Assembly: GCA_965649055.1 (NCBI GenBank)
Contig: CBFGJG010000038.1
Coordinates: 1 to 20,576, forward strand
Direction of reading: 5' to 3'
Length of the DNA: 20,576 nucleotides
DNA from: a candidate division WOR-3 bacterium
GTDB lineage: Bacteria; Hydrothermota; UBA3072; B12-G15
Position 1 is the stretch's first letter, and each line of letters begins with the position of its first letter. The position numbers were made by a program, and so were the translations under genes. This document shows positions 8,458-16,834 of this stretch, in pieces. The notes under the pieces are model-generated. The model was not told the origin of the DNA and ran no database searches. It saw only the letters and a program-made list of their open reading frames with translations.

Positions 8458-9788
8458 TATCAATAAGAAGATTTTCAGGTAAAATTTATATCACATTTAT
8501 TGATATTATGTTAATAATTATAGCTTATTTTTTATCTTTTTATCTTAGGGGGATTTTTGATAAGGATTTAAGTCTGAGTATAACAAAGGCAGTTTACAGT
8601 CTCCCATTGGTTATTGTTGTTTTCATTGTGGCAATGTACATAAATAATCTGAAACTTTCTGAATTCAATATAAGTAAAAGGAGTTATCTTTTAGGGACAT
8701 TTTCAAATTTTTGCATTGGTTTCTTTTTCACGGTATTTATCCTTTTTTATCTTAAAATGTTCACATACTCAAGGCTCGCATTATTACTATTCTTTATTTT
8801 TTCAAACTTATTACTAATATCTATGAGATTAATTATTTTTAAAATATTCCAGAAACTAAAAGTTTTGATAATTGGCGAAGAAAGAAAATCAAATGAGTTT
8901 ATTCAGTTCTTTAATAGTTCAAGTATTTTTAATGTAGAGCCTGTTATGATCTTGAACGGAAATAAAAATGAAATTTTTAAAATTTTCAAGGATTTTTTAA
9001 AGACCAAAAATATAGACTGGGTTATTATTTTCAAAGAAGGTATGGAAGATATAATCGATTTATGTAGCGAAGTTGGAATTCCAGTTTCTTATTCCCTTGA
9101 TATTATAATGAAAAAGCCATATCATTTTGTGAGTGTTGAAGATATAGGTAATCAAAAACTTCTATCATTTCATAGAAATTATTTTGAAGAAGTTGAAATC
9201 TCATTAAAATATTTATTTGATAGGGTTCTTGCATTTATACTTATAGTATTATTTTTACCATTTTTTATTGTTGTCCCGATACTAATAAAATTAACATCAA
9301 AAGGTCCTGTTATTTTTAAACAGGTTAGGGTAGGGCTTAATGGTAAAAAATTTGTGATGTATAAATTCAGAACAATGTATGAGAATGCTGAAGAAATGAA
9401 AAAGGAACTTGAAAAATATAATGAAATGGAGATAGCCTTTAAGATTAAAAACGATCCAAGAGTAACAAAGATTGGAAGGTATTTAAGAAAATACAGCATT
9501 GATGAAATTCCGCAATTTTTTAATGTCTTAAAAGGTGATATGTCAATAGTTGGCCCAAGACCGCCTGTCCCTGAAGAGATAGAAAAATACGAATTATGGC
9601 ATAGAAGAAGGCTTTCGATGAAACCTGGAATTACCTGTCTGTGGCAGATTAGTGGAAGAAATGAAATAAACTTTAAAGATTGGATGGAACTTGATTTGAA
9701 GTATATAGACAATTGGAGTATATGGCTTGATATATACATTATTCTTAAAACAATACCGGAGGTATTAAAAGGGAGGGGCGCATATTAG
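8454..9788 (+). CDS. Priming polyprenyl-phosphate glycosyl-1-phosphate transferase (Bac_transf), copy 2
   Basis: N-terminal TM helices. SKGPVIFKQVRVG, YKFRTM, DPRVT, SIDEIPQFFNVLKGDMSIVGPRP, KPGITCLWQISGR and LDLKYIDNWS motifs. Confidence 0.92.
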   Translation: MISIRRFSGKIYITFIDIMLIIIAYFLSFYLRGIFDKDLSLSITKAVYSLPLVIVVFIVAMYINNLKLSEFNISKRSYLLGTFSNFCIGFFFTVFILFYLKMFTYSRLALLLFFIFSNLLLISMRLIIFKIFQKLKVLIIGEERKSNEFIQFFNSSSIFNVEPVMILNGNKNEIFKIFKDFLKTKNIDWVIIFKEGMEDIIDLCSEVGIPVSYSLDIIMKKPYHFVSVEDIGNQKLLSFHRNYFEEVEISLKYLFDRVLAFILIVLFLPFFIVVPILIKLTSKGPVIFKQVRVGLNGKKFVMYKFRTMYENAEEMKKELEKYNEMEIAFKIKNDPRVTKIGRYLRKYSIDEIPQFFNVLKGDMSIVGPRPPVPEEIEKYELWHRRRLSMKPGITCLWQISGRNEINFKDWMELDLKYIDNWSIWLDIYIILKTIPEVLKGRGAY

Positions 9789-11761
9789 TATTAATTTTAT
9801 TCTCTATAAATATTATTGAAATAGACCCTAAGAGAATTCACAGGGAAGAAATACTTATGAAAGAAATTGTTAATTTTTTTGAAAAAGGAGAATATGATTC
9901 TGTTGAAAAGAAGATATATGAGTTGAATATCATAGGGCAGAAAAAAGAGGCTACAATACTCAAAAATTTAGTCCTGATAAAAAGAAATGACCTTGATAGA
10001 ATTGATTTTGAAATAAAAGAAATTCCGGATTATATAAAGGGAATTTATCTCTTTAATAAATTTAAGATACTTAATAAAGAATTATTCAGAGAACTTTCTG
10101 ATACATTGAAATTCTATTTAATTTTTTATCTTCAAGATCCAAAAGAAATCAAGGAATATGTTGATGCACTAAATCTTCCGGCAAAATATAAAGATTTTGC
10201 TAATGGTTATCTATTGTTCAAAGAGAAAAAATATCAAGAAGCTTCGTTTGTTTTTAGAAATGTTTATAGTTTATGGAAAGAAGATTTTATCTTAGAGATT
10301 TTGATCCTTTCATATACATTTTCAAAAAACTGGGATTCTATTATTTATTTTGAAAATCCTACTAAAAATCCAACTATAAATTATTGCCTTGGAACTGCTT
10401 TTTATAATAAAGGAATGTTAGAAGAAGCGCGAAAAGTCTTTTCAGAAGAGACATCGGGCATTTACAGAAAAAATTCATTGTTTGCACTTGGCTGGATAAA
10501 TTTTAGGCTTGAAAGATATAAGGAAAGTATTAATTGCTTTGATACATTTTTAAGAGAGAATAAGAATGAACTTGAAGTTCCTGCTCTTTATAGAATAGGA
10601 AGGGCATATTTAAGATTATGGGATATGAAATCCTTGAATTACTTTAAAGAAGTATTTAATAGATTCCCGGAATCTGATTTTGCAGACGATGCTGTTTATC
10701 TCACAGGTAAGACTTACTTTAATATAAATATAACAGATTCTGCGAAAAAATATCTTTACAAACTTATTGTTGATTATCCTGATTCGAGATGGTATCCTTT
10801 TTGTGTTCAATATCTTGGGGATATTTATTTTAATGCTAAGGATTATCAGAAGGCAAAGATGTATTATGATCAGGTTGTAAAATGTAATCTTTCAAAGACA
10901 AATCTTGATGAGATAAATTTCAAGATTGAATATTCAGATTATATGATAGGTAAATATAAGGGAGAGCTTGAATTTTATAAATCATTTATTTCAAAATACC
11001 CTGAAAGCTCAAAGATTCCAGAATTATATGAAAAGATAGGTGATATATATTCATCATCAAAAAGGTATAAAGATGCAATAAAATACTGGGAAAAGATAGT
11101 TCAGGAATATAAATCTTATCAAAATATTCAAGAAGTATTAATAAAGTTATTTAAGGCTTATACAAAAATAGAAGAGGTTGAAAAGGGTATTAATCTGATA
11201 GAATTAGAAATAGAAAGAGGTTTAAAAGATATAAATAATCTTTTGAAAGAGATAGGTGATTTTTACTTTGAAAGTGGTGATTATACAGAAGCGATAAATT
11301 ACTATAATAGGATACAGGATGAAAAATTAAAATCAATTGTCTATTATAAAATTGGTTATTCTTACTATAAACTTGAACTGCTTGATGAAACAAAGGTTAT
11401 AATAAAATCATTGCTTGAAGACTATCCGAATTCTCCTTTTTATGATAATGGATTTTTGCTTCTTTTACAATGTATAATAAAAGAAGGTAATGAGGAGGAA
11501 ATAAATGAACTTTTAAATTTTAAAAAATATAAAATATCGAATGAAACAAAAATAGAAGCGAATATTTCAGCAGGTTATTTTTTTTGTAGCAAACGAGATG
11601 CCAGGGCAATTGATTACTTCACAAAAGCAATTGTATTATGTGAGAATGATATTGAAAAGGCATCAAAGATTTTTTTTATTGCTGCTGATTGTGCGGAAAA
11701 ACTTGGTTTGAAGGAGAAAGCAGCAGATTTAAGAACAAAAGGCGAGATATTAAAAAAATAG
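9782..11761 (+). CDS. Tetratricopeptide-repeat protein (BamD/CpoB-type repeats), probably exported. Start is uncertain: ATA 9782 proposed, first ATG at 9857.
   Basis: Repeated TPR helices with (Y/F)P.S motifs (FPESDFADDAVY, YPDSRW, YPESSK, YPNSPF). The frame is open upstream of 9857 as far as TAA 9746. Confidence 0.8.
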   Translation: MLVLILFSINIIEIDPKRIHREEILMKEIVNFFEKGEYDSVEKKIYELNIIGQKKEATILKNLVLIKRNDLDRIDFEIKEIPDYIKGIYLFNKFKILNKELFRELSDTLKFYLIFYLQDPKEIKEYVDALNLPAKYKDFANGYLLFKEKKYQEASFVFRNVYSLWKEDFILEILILSYTFSKNWDSIIYFENPTKNPTINYCLGTAFYNKGMLEEARKVFSEETSGIYRKNSLFALGWINFRLERYKESINCFDTFLRENKNELEVPALYRIGRAYLRLWDMKSLNYFKEVFNRFPESDFADDAVYLTGKTYFNINITDSAKKYLYKLIVDYPDSRWYPFCVQYLGDIYFNAKDYQKAKMYYDQVVKCNLSKTNLDEINFKIEYSDYMIGKYKGELEFYKSFISKYPESSKIPELYEKIGDIYSSSKRYKDAIKYWEKIVQEYKSYQNIQEVLIKLFKAYTKIEEVEKGINLIELEIERGLKDINNLLKEIGDFYFESGDYTEAINYYNRIQDEKLKSIVYYKIGYSYYKLELLDETKVIIKSLLEDYPNSPFYDNGFLLLLQCIIKEGNEEEINELLNFKKYKISNETKIEANISAGYFFCSKRDARAIDYFTKAIVLCENDIEKASKIFFIAADCAEKLGLKEKAADLRTKGEILKK

Positions 11762-11768
11762 AAATTCC

Positions 11769-11796
11769 TTGAAAAAATTTTTATAAGGATTAAAAT
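11769..11796 (+). promoter_or_regulatory. Putative sigma70 promoter for the sppA-LKR-SDH genes
   Basis: TTGAAA (11769-11774), 16-nt spacer, TAAAAT (11791-11796). SD AAAGGAG precedes ATG 11817. Confidence 0.55.
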
Positions 11797-11816
11797 AAAA
11801 TAAAAAAGGAGTTAAT

Positions 11817-14180
11817 ATGAAAAAATTAACATTAATGTTTTTATTAATTTCTATTATTGCAAAAGGTTTTGTTTTTCAAGAAACAAAAGATTATTTGATC
11901 GCACCATCAGGTGCATACTGGTATGGTCTTTATGGATTTGATAACCCTGCTTTACTCACTTATATGAATTCATCAGACTTTTTCATAGTGGCATCAACAG
12001 AAGATTATGATTATAAAAAAATAGAAGATTATGGGATTTTCTATGGAATGAAGAATTTCGGATTTGGATACTTCAATTCAGGGAATGGTTATTACGAATA
12101 CAGGATTTCTTCAGCATTTGGGAATAAAAAATTCAGTATTGGAACTGGATTTGGGTTGGATAATGAAAAAAATAAACTGATGACGATTGGAACATTGATA
12201 AGGCCAAATCCGTTTATTTCTTCCGGTATCTCTTTCTTTTATCCTTTTAATCAGGACGTAAAAATAGGATATATTGATATAGGAATAAGACCGTTCAAAA
12301 ATGAATTGATAACATTTTTCGGTGATTTTTCTTTAGGTAGCAACGATGAATTAAGGGATATTAAATGGAATATAGGTGGAATAATAGAACCATTAAAAGG
12401 AATTAGATTCTCGGCATCTTATAGTGGTGAAAGAAGGATAAATATTGGTATTTCTTTAAGCCTTGGAAACATTGGATTTATTTATAAAACAAGGCTTCAG
12501 AATGATTTATATTATATCAATAATATTTATGGGGTAAGATTCGGATTGAAAGATAGAACTGTCTTTCCAGAAACAAAAAAGAAAGGTTATATTAAATTAG
12601 ACCTTTATGGTGGTCTTAGCTACCAGAGATATAAATATTTTGATAAATCAAATACACTTCTTGAATTATTAAGACTCATAGATGATGCCACGGAAGATCC
12701 AGGGATTAAAGGGATAGTTATAAATACATCTGGGATGAGTATTGATATTGAAAAAATATGGGAGATAAGGGAAAAATTAAAAGAGTTTAGAAAGGCAAAT
12801 AAAAAGGTAATAGTTTATCTTGATGACGCAGGTATGTTTGAATATTATTTTGCATCCTGTGCAGATAAGATAGTTCTTGACCCTGAAGGATTGATACAGA
12901 TACATGGACTTGTCGGAGGCAGGACTTATATAAAGAACGCACTTGATAAAATAGGTATTGGTGTGGATGAATTAAGATTCTTCAAATATAAGTCAGCAGC
13001 AGAATCATATTCAAGGGAAAGTATGTCTGAGGGTGACAGGGAACAGATGCAGAGGATTATAGATGTTATATACGAGGTTATCAGGAAAGATATTTGTGAA
13101 GACAGGAAGATTACAGAAGAAGAATTTGACAGGATTGTTGATAAAGATCTTATAATACTTCCCAGTGAAGCATTAGATAAAAACCTTGTTGATACACTTT
13201 TAAGATGGGATAAGATTGACGAAATTGTTAAAGATATTGAAAAAACTAAAGTTCCATTCAAAAAATTTATCGTGCGTGAAGTTGAACCCCAAGATAATTA
13301 CTGGGGAGAAAAACCGAAGATTGCAATTATATATGCAATTGGTCCCTGTGCGATGGATGAAGGTATTACTTCAAGAAGGCTTATTAATGATATAGAATGG
13401 GCAATAAGAAATCCTGATGTAAAAGGAATAATATTAAGAGTTGATTCACCCGGTGGGGATGTCCTTGCATCAGATATTGTTGCAGAAGGGATAAAAAAGG
13501 CTAAAGGGAAAAAACCTGTAATAATATCACAGGGTTCTGTTGCTGCTTCAGGTGGTTACTGGATATCTATGTATGGTGATCAGATTGTTTCAAGCCCTTT
13601 AACATTAACAGGTTCGATAGGTGTAATTGGTATGTTACTATACAACAAAGGATTCAAAGAAAAGATAGGGCTTACGACAGATAAGGTGAAAAGAGGCGAA
13701 CATTCAGATATGTATTATCCATTTGTTATACCATTTATCAACTTTGGTATTCCGGATAGGCCAATGGATCAATACGAGAGAAGCGTAATGGAGAAAATGA
13801 TAAGAAATTATTACAAAGAGTTTGTAACGAAGGTTTCAAATGGAAGAAACAAAACATTTGAAGAGATTCATGAAATAGCACAGGGAAGGGTTTGGACAGG
13901 ATACGATGCAAAGAATATAGGTCTTGTTGATGTTTTGGGTGGACTTGATGAAGCAATAAGAATAATAAAAGAGAAGGCAAATATAAAAGGTGATTTTGAG
14001 ATAATAGAGCTTCCAAAGCCAAAATCATTCAATCCTGATATGTTTACACCAAAACTTATCAATTCTGAAGATGCACTTGTAAAAGAGTTAAGATTCAGAG
14101 TAAAATACAACGGAAGACCTGTTTTGATGCTACCGATTGAAGACACTGAAATCCTGAAACTTCTGGAGAATAAGAGATAA
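11817..14180 (+). CDS. sppA: Signal peptide peptidase SppA (S49, tandem-domain type) with an additional N-terminal beta-rich domain
   Basis: Two S49 domains (YYFASCADKIVL, KYKSAAE, LRVDSPGG, AASGGYWIS, LTGSIGV, IAQGRVWTG, GLVDVLGG). Predicted catalytic Lys392 and Ser578. Sec-type signal MKKLTLMFLLISIIAKG. Confidence 0.9.
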   Translation: MKKLTLMFLLISIIAKGFVFQETKDYLIAPSGAYWYGLYGFDNPALLTYMNSSDFFIVASTEDYDYKKIEDYGIFYGMKNFGFGYFNSGNGYYEYRISSAFGNKKFSIGTGFGLDNEKNKLMTIGTLIRPNPFISSGISFFYPFNQDVKIGYIDIGIRPFKNELITFFGDFSLGSNDELRDIKWNIGGIIEPLKGIRFSASYSGERRINIGISLSLGNIGFIYKTRLQNDLYYINNIYGVRFGLKDRTVFPETKKKGYIKLDLYGGLSYQRYKYFDKSNTLLELLRLIDDATEDPGIKGIVINTSGMSIDIEKIWEIREKLKEFRKANKKVIVYLDDAGMFEYYFASCADKIVLDPEGLIQIHGLVGGRTYIKNALDKIGIGVDELRFFKYKSAAESYSRESMSEGDREQMQRIIDVIYEVIRKDICEDRKITEEEFDRIVDKDLIILPSEALDKNLVDTLLRWDKIDEIVKDIEKTKVPFKKFIVREVEPQDNYWGEKPKIAIIYAIGPCAMDEGITSRRLINDIEWAIRNPDVKGIILRVDSPGGDVLASDIVAEGIKKAKGKKPVIISQGSVAASGGYWISMYGDQIVSSPLTLTGSIGVIGMLLYNKGFKEKIGLTTDKVKRGEHSDMYYPFVIPFINFGIPDRPMDQYERSVMEKMIRNYYKEFVTKVSNGRNKTFEEIHEIAQGRVWTGYDAKNIGLVDVLGGLDEAIRIIKEKANIKGDFEIIELPKPKSFNPDMFTPKLINSEDALVKELRFRVKYNGRPVLMLPIEDTEILKLLENKR

Positions 14181-14181
14181 G

Positions 14182-15465
14182 ATGATGAGTTTTGGTATTA
14201 GAAAAGAGACAAAATCTATCTGGGAAAAGAGGACGCCAATTGTCCCTGATGATGCACTTGAACTTATGAAAAAATTTAATTTTAAGGTTTTTGTTGAACC
14301 TTCAGAGATTAGAATTTTTAAGGATGAAGAATATAAAAATATTGGTGCAATACTGAGCGAAAAAATGGATACAAAATTTGTCTTTGGTATAAAAGAGATA
14401 CCACCTGATTATTTCGAATATGGAAAGACATATATATTCTTCTCGCATACTATAAAAGGTCAGAGTCACAATATGCCTATGCTGAAGAAGATGATACAGC
14501 AAGGAACAACATTGATAGATTACGAGAAAATCGTTGATGAAAATGGTAAAAGATTAATAGCATTTGGTAGGTTTGCCGGTATTGCAGGTATGATTGATAC
14601 TTTATGGGCATATGGTAAAAGGCTTGAGATCGAAGGTTTGAAAACGCCATTTTCACTTGTTAAGAGGGCATATGAATACCATAATCTTAAGGAAATAGAA
14701 GAAGAATTCAACAAAATAGGTGAAGAAATAAAAAAAGGTATTAATAATAGTATTACACCTTTGATTATTCCAATACTCGGTTATGGTAATGTATCGAAAG
14801 GTGTGCAGGAAGTTCTCTGTTTTTTGAATGCTAAAGAGATAAAACCTGAAGAAGTTATAAATTTCAAAGGTGATAATAACAGAATATATTATGCTGTATT
14901 CAAAGAAGAAAATCTTGTTGAAAGAATAGACGGAAAAGGATTTGATTTGCAGGAATACTATAAAAATCCAGAAAAGTATAAACCTGTCTTTGAAAGGTAT
15001 ATCCCATATTCTTCAATAATAGTGAATGCAATATATTGGGATGCAAGGTATCCAAGATTTATAACAAAGGATTATTTTAAAAATCTATATTCAAGAGGTA
15101 TTCCTAAGATAAAGGTTATTGGTGATATAAGCTGTGATATAAATGGCGCAGTTGAGTTTACAGAATATGCAGAGGAACCTGATAAACCCTGTTATGTTTA
15201 TGAACCACTAAAGGATAATTTCAAATTCGGTTTGGATGGTGAAGGGCCTGTTGTTGTAGCAATTGATATATTACCGAGTGAATTACCACGGGATGCATCA
15301 GTATACTTCAGTAGTATTTTAAAAGGTTTCTTACCTGAAATTGTAAAGACTGATTATCCAGAAGATTTCAAAGAACTTAAATTACCTGATTTTTTGAAAA
15401 AAGCAGTAATATTATACAAAGGTAAATTAACCGATGATTATAAATACTTAGAAAAATACATATAA
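14182..15465 (+). CDS. Lysine-ketoglutarate reductase / saccharopine dehydrogenase (lysine-forming), AlaDh/PNT fold, resembling the LKR domain of eukaryotic AASS
   Basis: GIRKE...WEKRTP, FFSHTIKGQ..NM, LIDYEKI, AFGRFAG.AGMID, GYGNVSKG, NAIYWD.RYPR, DISCD..G and IDILPSELP.DAS..F motifs. Confidence 0.85.
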   Translation: MMSFGIRKETKSIWEKRTPIVPDDALELMKKFNFKVFVEPSEIRIFKDEEYKNIGAILSEKMDTKFVFGIKEIPPDYFEYGKTYIFFSHTIKGQSHNMPMLKKMIQQGTTLIDYEKIVDENGKRLIAFGRFAGIAGMIDTLWAYGKRLEIEGLKTPFSLVKRAYEYHNLKEIEEEFNKIGEEIKKGINNSITPLIIPILGYGNVSKGVQEVLCFLNAKEIKPEEVINFKGDNNRIYYAVFKEENLVERIDGKGFDLQEYYKNPEKYKPVFERYIPYSSIIVNAIYWDARYPRFITKDYFKNLYSRGIPKIKVIGDISCDINGAVEFTEYAEEPDKPCYVYEPLKDNFKFGLDGEGPVVVAIDILPSELPRDASVYFSSILKGFLPEIVKTDYPEDFKELKLPDFLKKAVILYKGKLTDDYKYLEKYI

Positions 15466-15475
15466 AGGAGGATTT

Positions 15476-16789
15476 ATGGGAAAAGTGTTAATTCTTGGAG
15501 CAGGCCTTGTTTCTAAACCAATGGTTACTTATCTTTTGAAAAAAGGTATCAAAGTAATCGTCGCATCAAGAACTGTAAGCAAGGCAGAGGAACTTATAAA
15601 AGGTTACTCAAATGGTGAAGCAAGGGAATGGGTTGTTGAAAATAAGGCAAGATTAAAAGAGATGGTTAAGGAATCAGATGTTGTTGTGAGTTTACTCCCT
15701 TGGGTTTATCACCTTGATGTTGCAGAGATATGTATTGATTACAGAAAACCTATGGTTACAACATCTTATGTTCAGGAAAAGATGCAGGCACTTGATAAGA
15801 AGGTAAGAGATGCAGGTATAATAATTTTGAATGAGATAGGTCTTGATCCAGGAATAGACCATATGTCTGCTATGAGGACAATACATAAAATATGGAACGA
15901 AGGTGGAAAGGTTGTCTCTTTTCGTTCTGTATGTGGTGCACTTCCTGCACCTGAGGCAAGCAATATCCCATTCAGATACAAATTTTCATGGAGCCCAAGG
16001 GGTGTAGCACTTGCAGGAAGGAATAGTGGTAAGTTTAAAAAGGAAGGAAAGATAATAGAGGTAAAACCACAGGATTTATTCAAGACAACATATACAACAG
16101 AGGTTGAAGGAATAGGGATACTTGAGGTTTATCCCAACAGGGATTCTTTACCATACCTTGAGAAATATGGAATAAAAGATGCTGATACAATATTCAGGGG
16201 AACATTAAGGTATCCTGGATGGTGTGAAACCTGGTTCGTTATTTCAAATTTAGGTTTCCTTGATATAGAAGAAAAAGAATGGGGTGATATAACATACTTG
16301 GAATATGCTGGAAAAGTGATGAATGTAAAACCGCAAGAAGTGAGAACAACCATAATGAAAAGATTCAATCTGAAAGAAGACTCTGTCCCAATGGAAAACC
16401 TTGAATTCCTTGGTCTTTTCAGTGAAAGGAAGATAAATCTTAAAAAAGCACCAACGATCGATATCCTTGTAGAACTTCTCGTTGAAAAACTTTCATACAA
16501 AGATGGTGAAAGGGATATGGTGATTTTGAAAGATGAAGTTACAGGTGTTATTAAGAATAAAACAAAGAGATTCGTATCAACTCTGATTGACTTCGGAACA
16601 ATAGGAGACGAGACTGCTGTTGCAAGGACAGTGAGTCTTCCTGCTGCAATAGCAGTGAAGATGATAATAGAAGGGAAGATAAAAAATAAAGGTGTTCTTA
16701 TTCCTACATTACCTGAGATTTATGAACCAGTCCTTGATGAACTTGTGGAACTTGGTATAAGTTCAAAAGAAGAAGAAATAGACTTATAA
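15476..16789 (+). CDS. Saccharopine dehydrogenase (glutamate-forming), Lys9/AASS-SDH-like
   Basis: LGAGLVSKP, VVSLLP..YH, VTTSYV, NEIGLDPGIDHM, CGALPAPE, YKFSWSPRG, YPNRDS, RGTLRYPG and AVARTVSLPAAI motifs. SD AAAGGAGG. Confidence 0.92.
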   Translation: MGKVLILGAGLVSKPMVTYLLKKGIKVIVASRTVSKAEELIKGYSNGEAREWVVENKARLKEMVKESDVVVSLLPWVYHLDVAEICIDYRKPMVTTSYVQEKMQALDKKVRDAGIIILNEIGLDPGIDHMSAMRTIHKIWNEGGKVVSFRSVCGALPAPEASNIPFRYKFSWSPRGVALAGRNSGKFKKEGKIIEVKPQDLFKTTYTTEVEGIGILEVYPNRDSLPYLEKYGIKDADTIFRGTLRYPGWCETWFVISNLGFLDIEEKEWGDITYLEYAGKVMNVKPQEVRTTIMKRFNLKEDSVPMENLEFLGLFSERKINLKKAPTIDILVELLVEKLSYKDGERDMVILKDEVTGVIKNKTKRFVSTLIDFGTIGDETAVARTVSLPAAIAVKMIIEGKIKNKGVLIPTLPEIYEPVLDELVELGISSKEEEIDL

Positions 16790-16834
16790 TTTAGAATTAC
16801 TTGATTAAAACAAACAAAAATAAAGGAATTAAAA

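Noticed and set aside
9179..9739. 186-aa antisense ORF that shares GGLGPT...PF.TLKNCGISS with the antisense ORF at 5419-5652
   Set aside because: The similarity is the mirror image of the conserved DEIPQFFNV.KGD.S.VGPRPP motif in the two paralogous sugar transferases. These are shadow ORFs, not a gene family.
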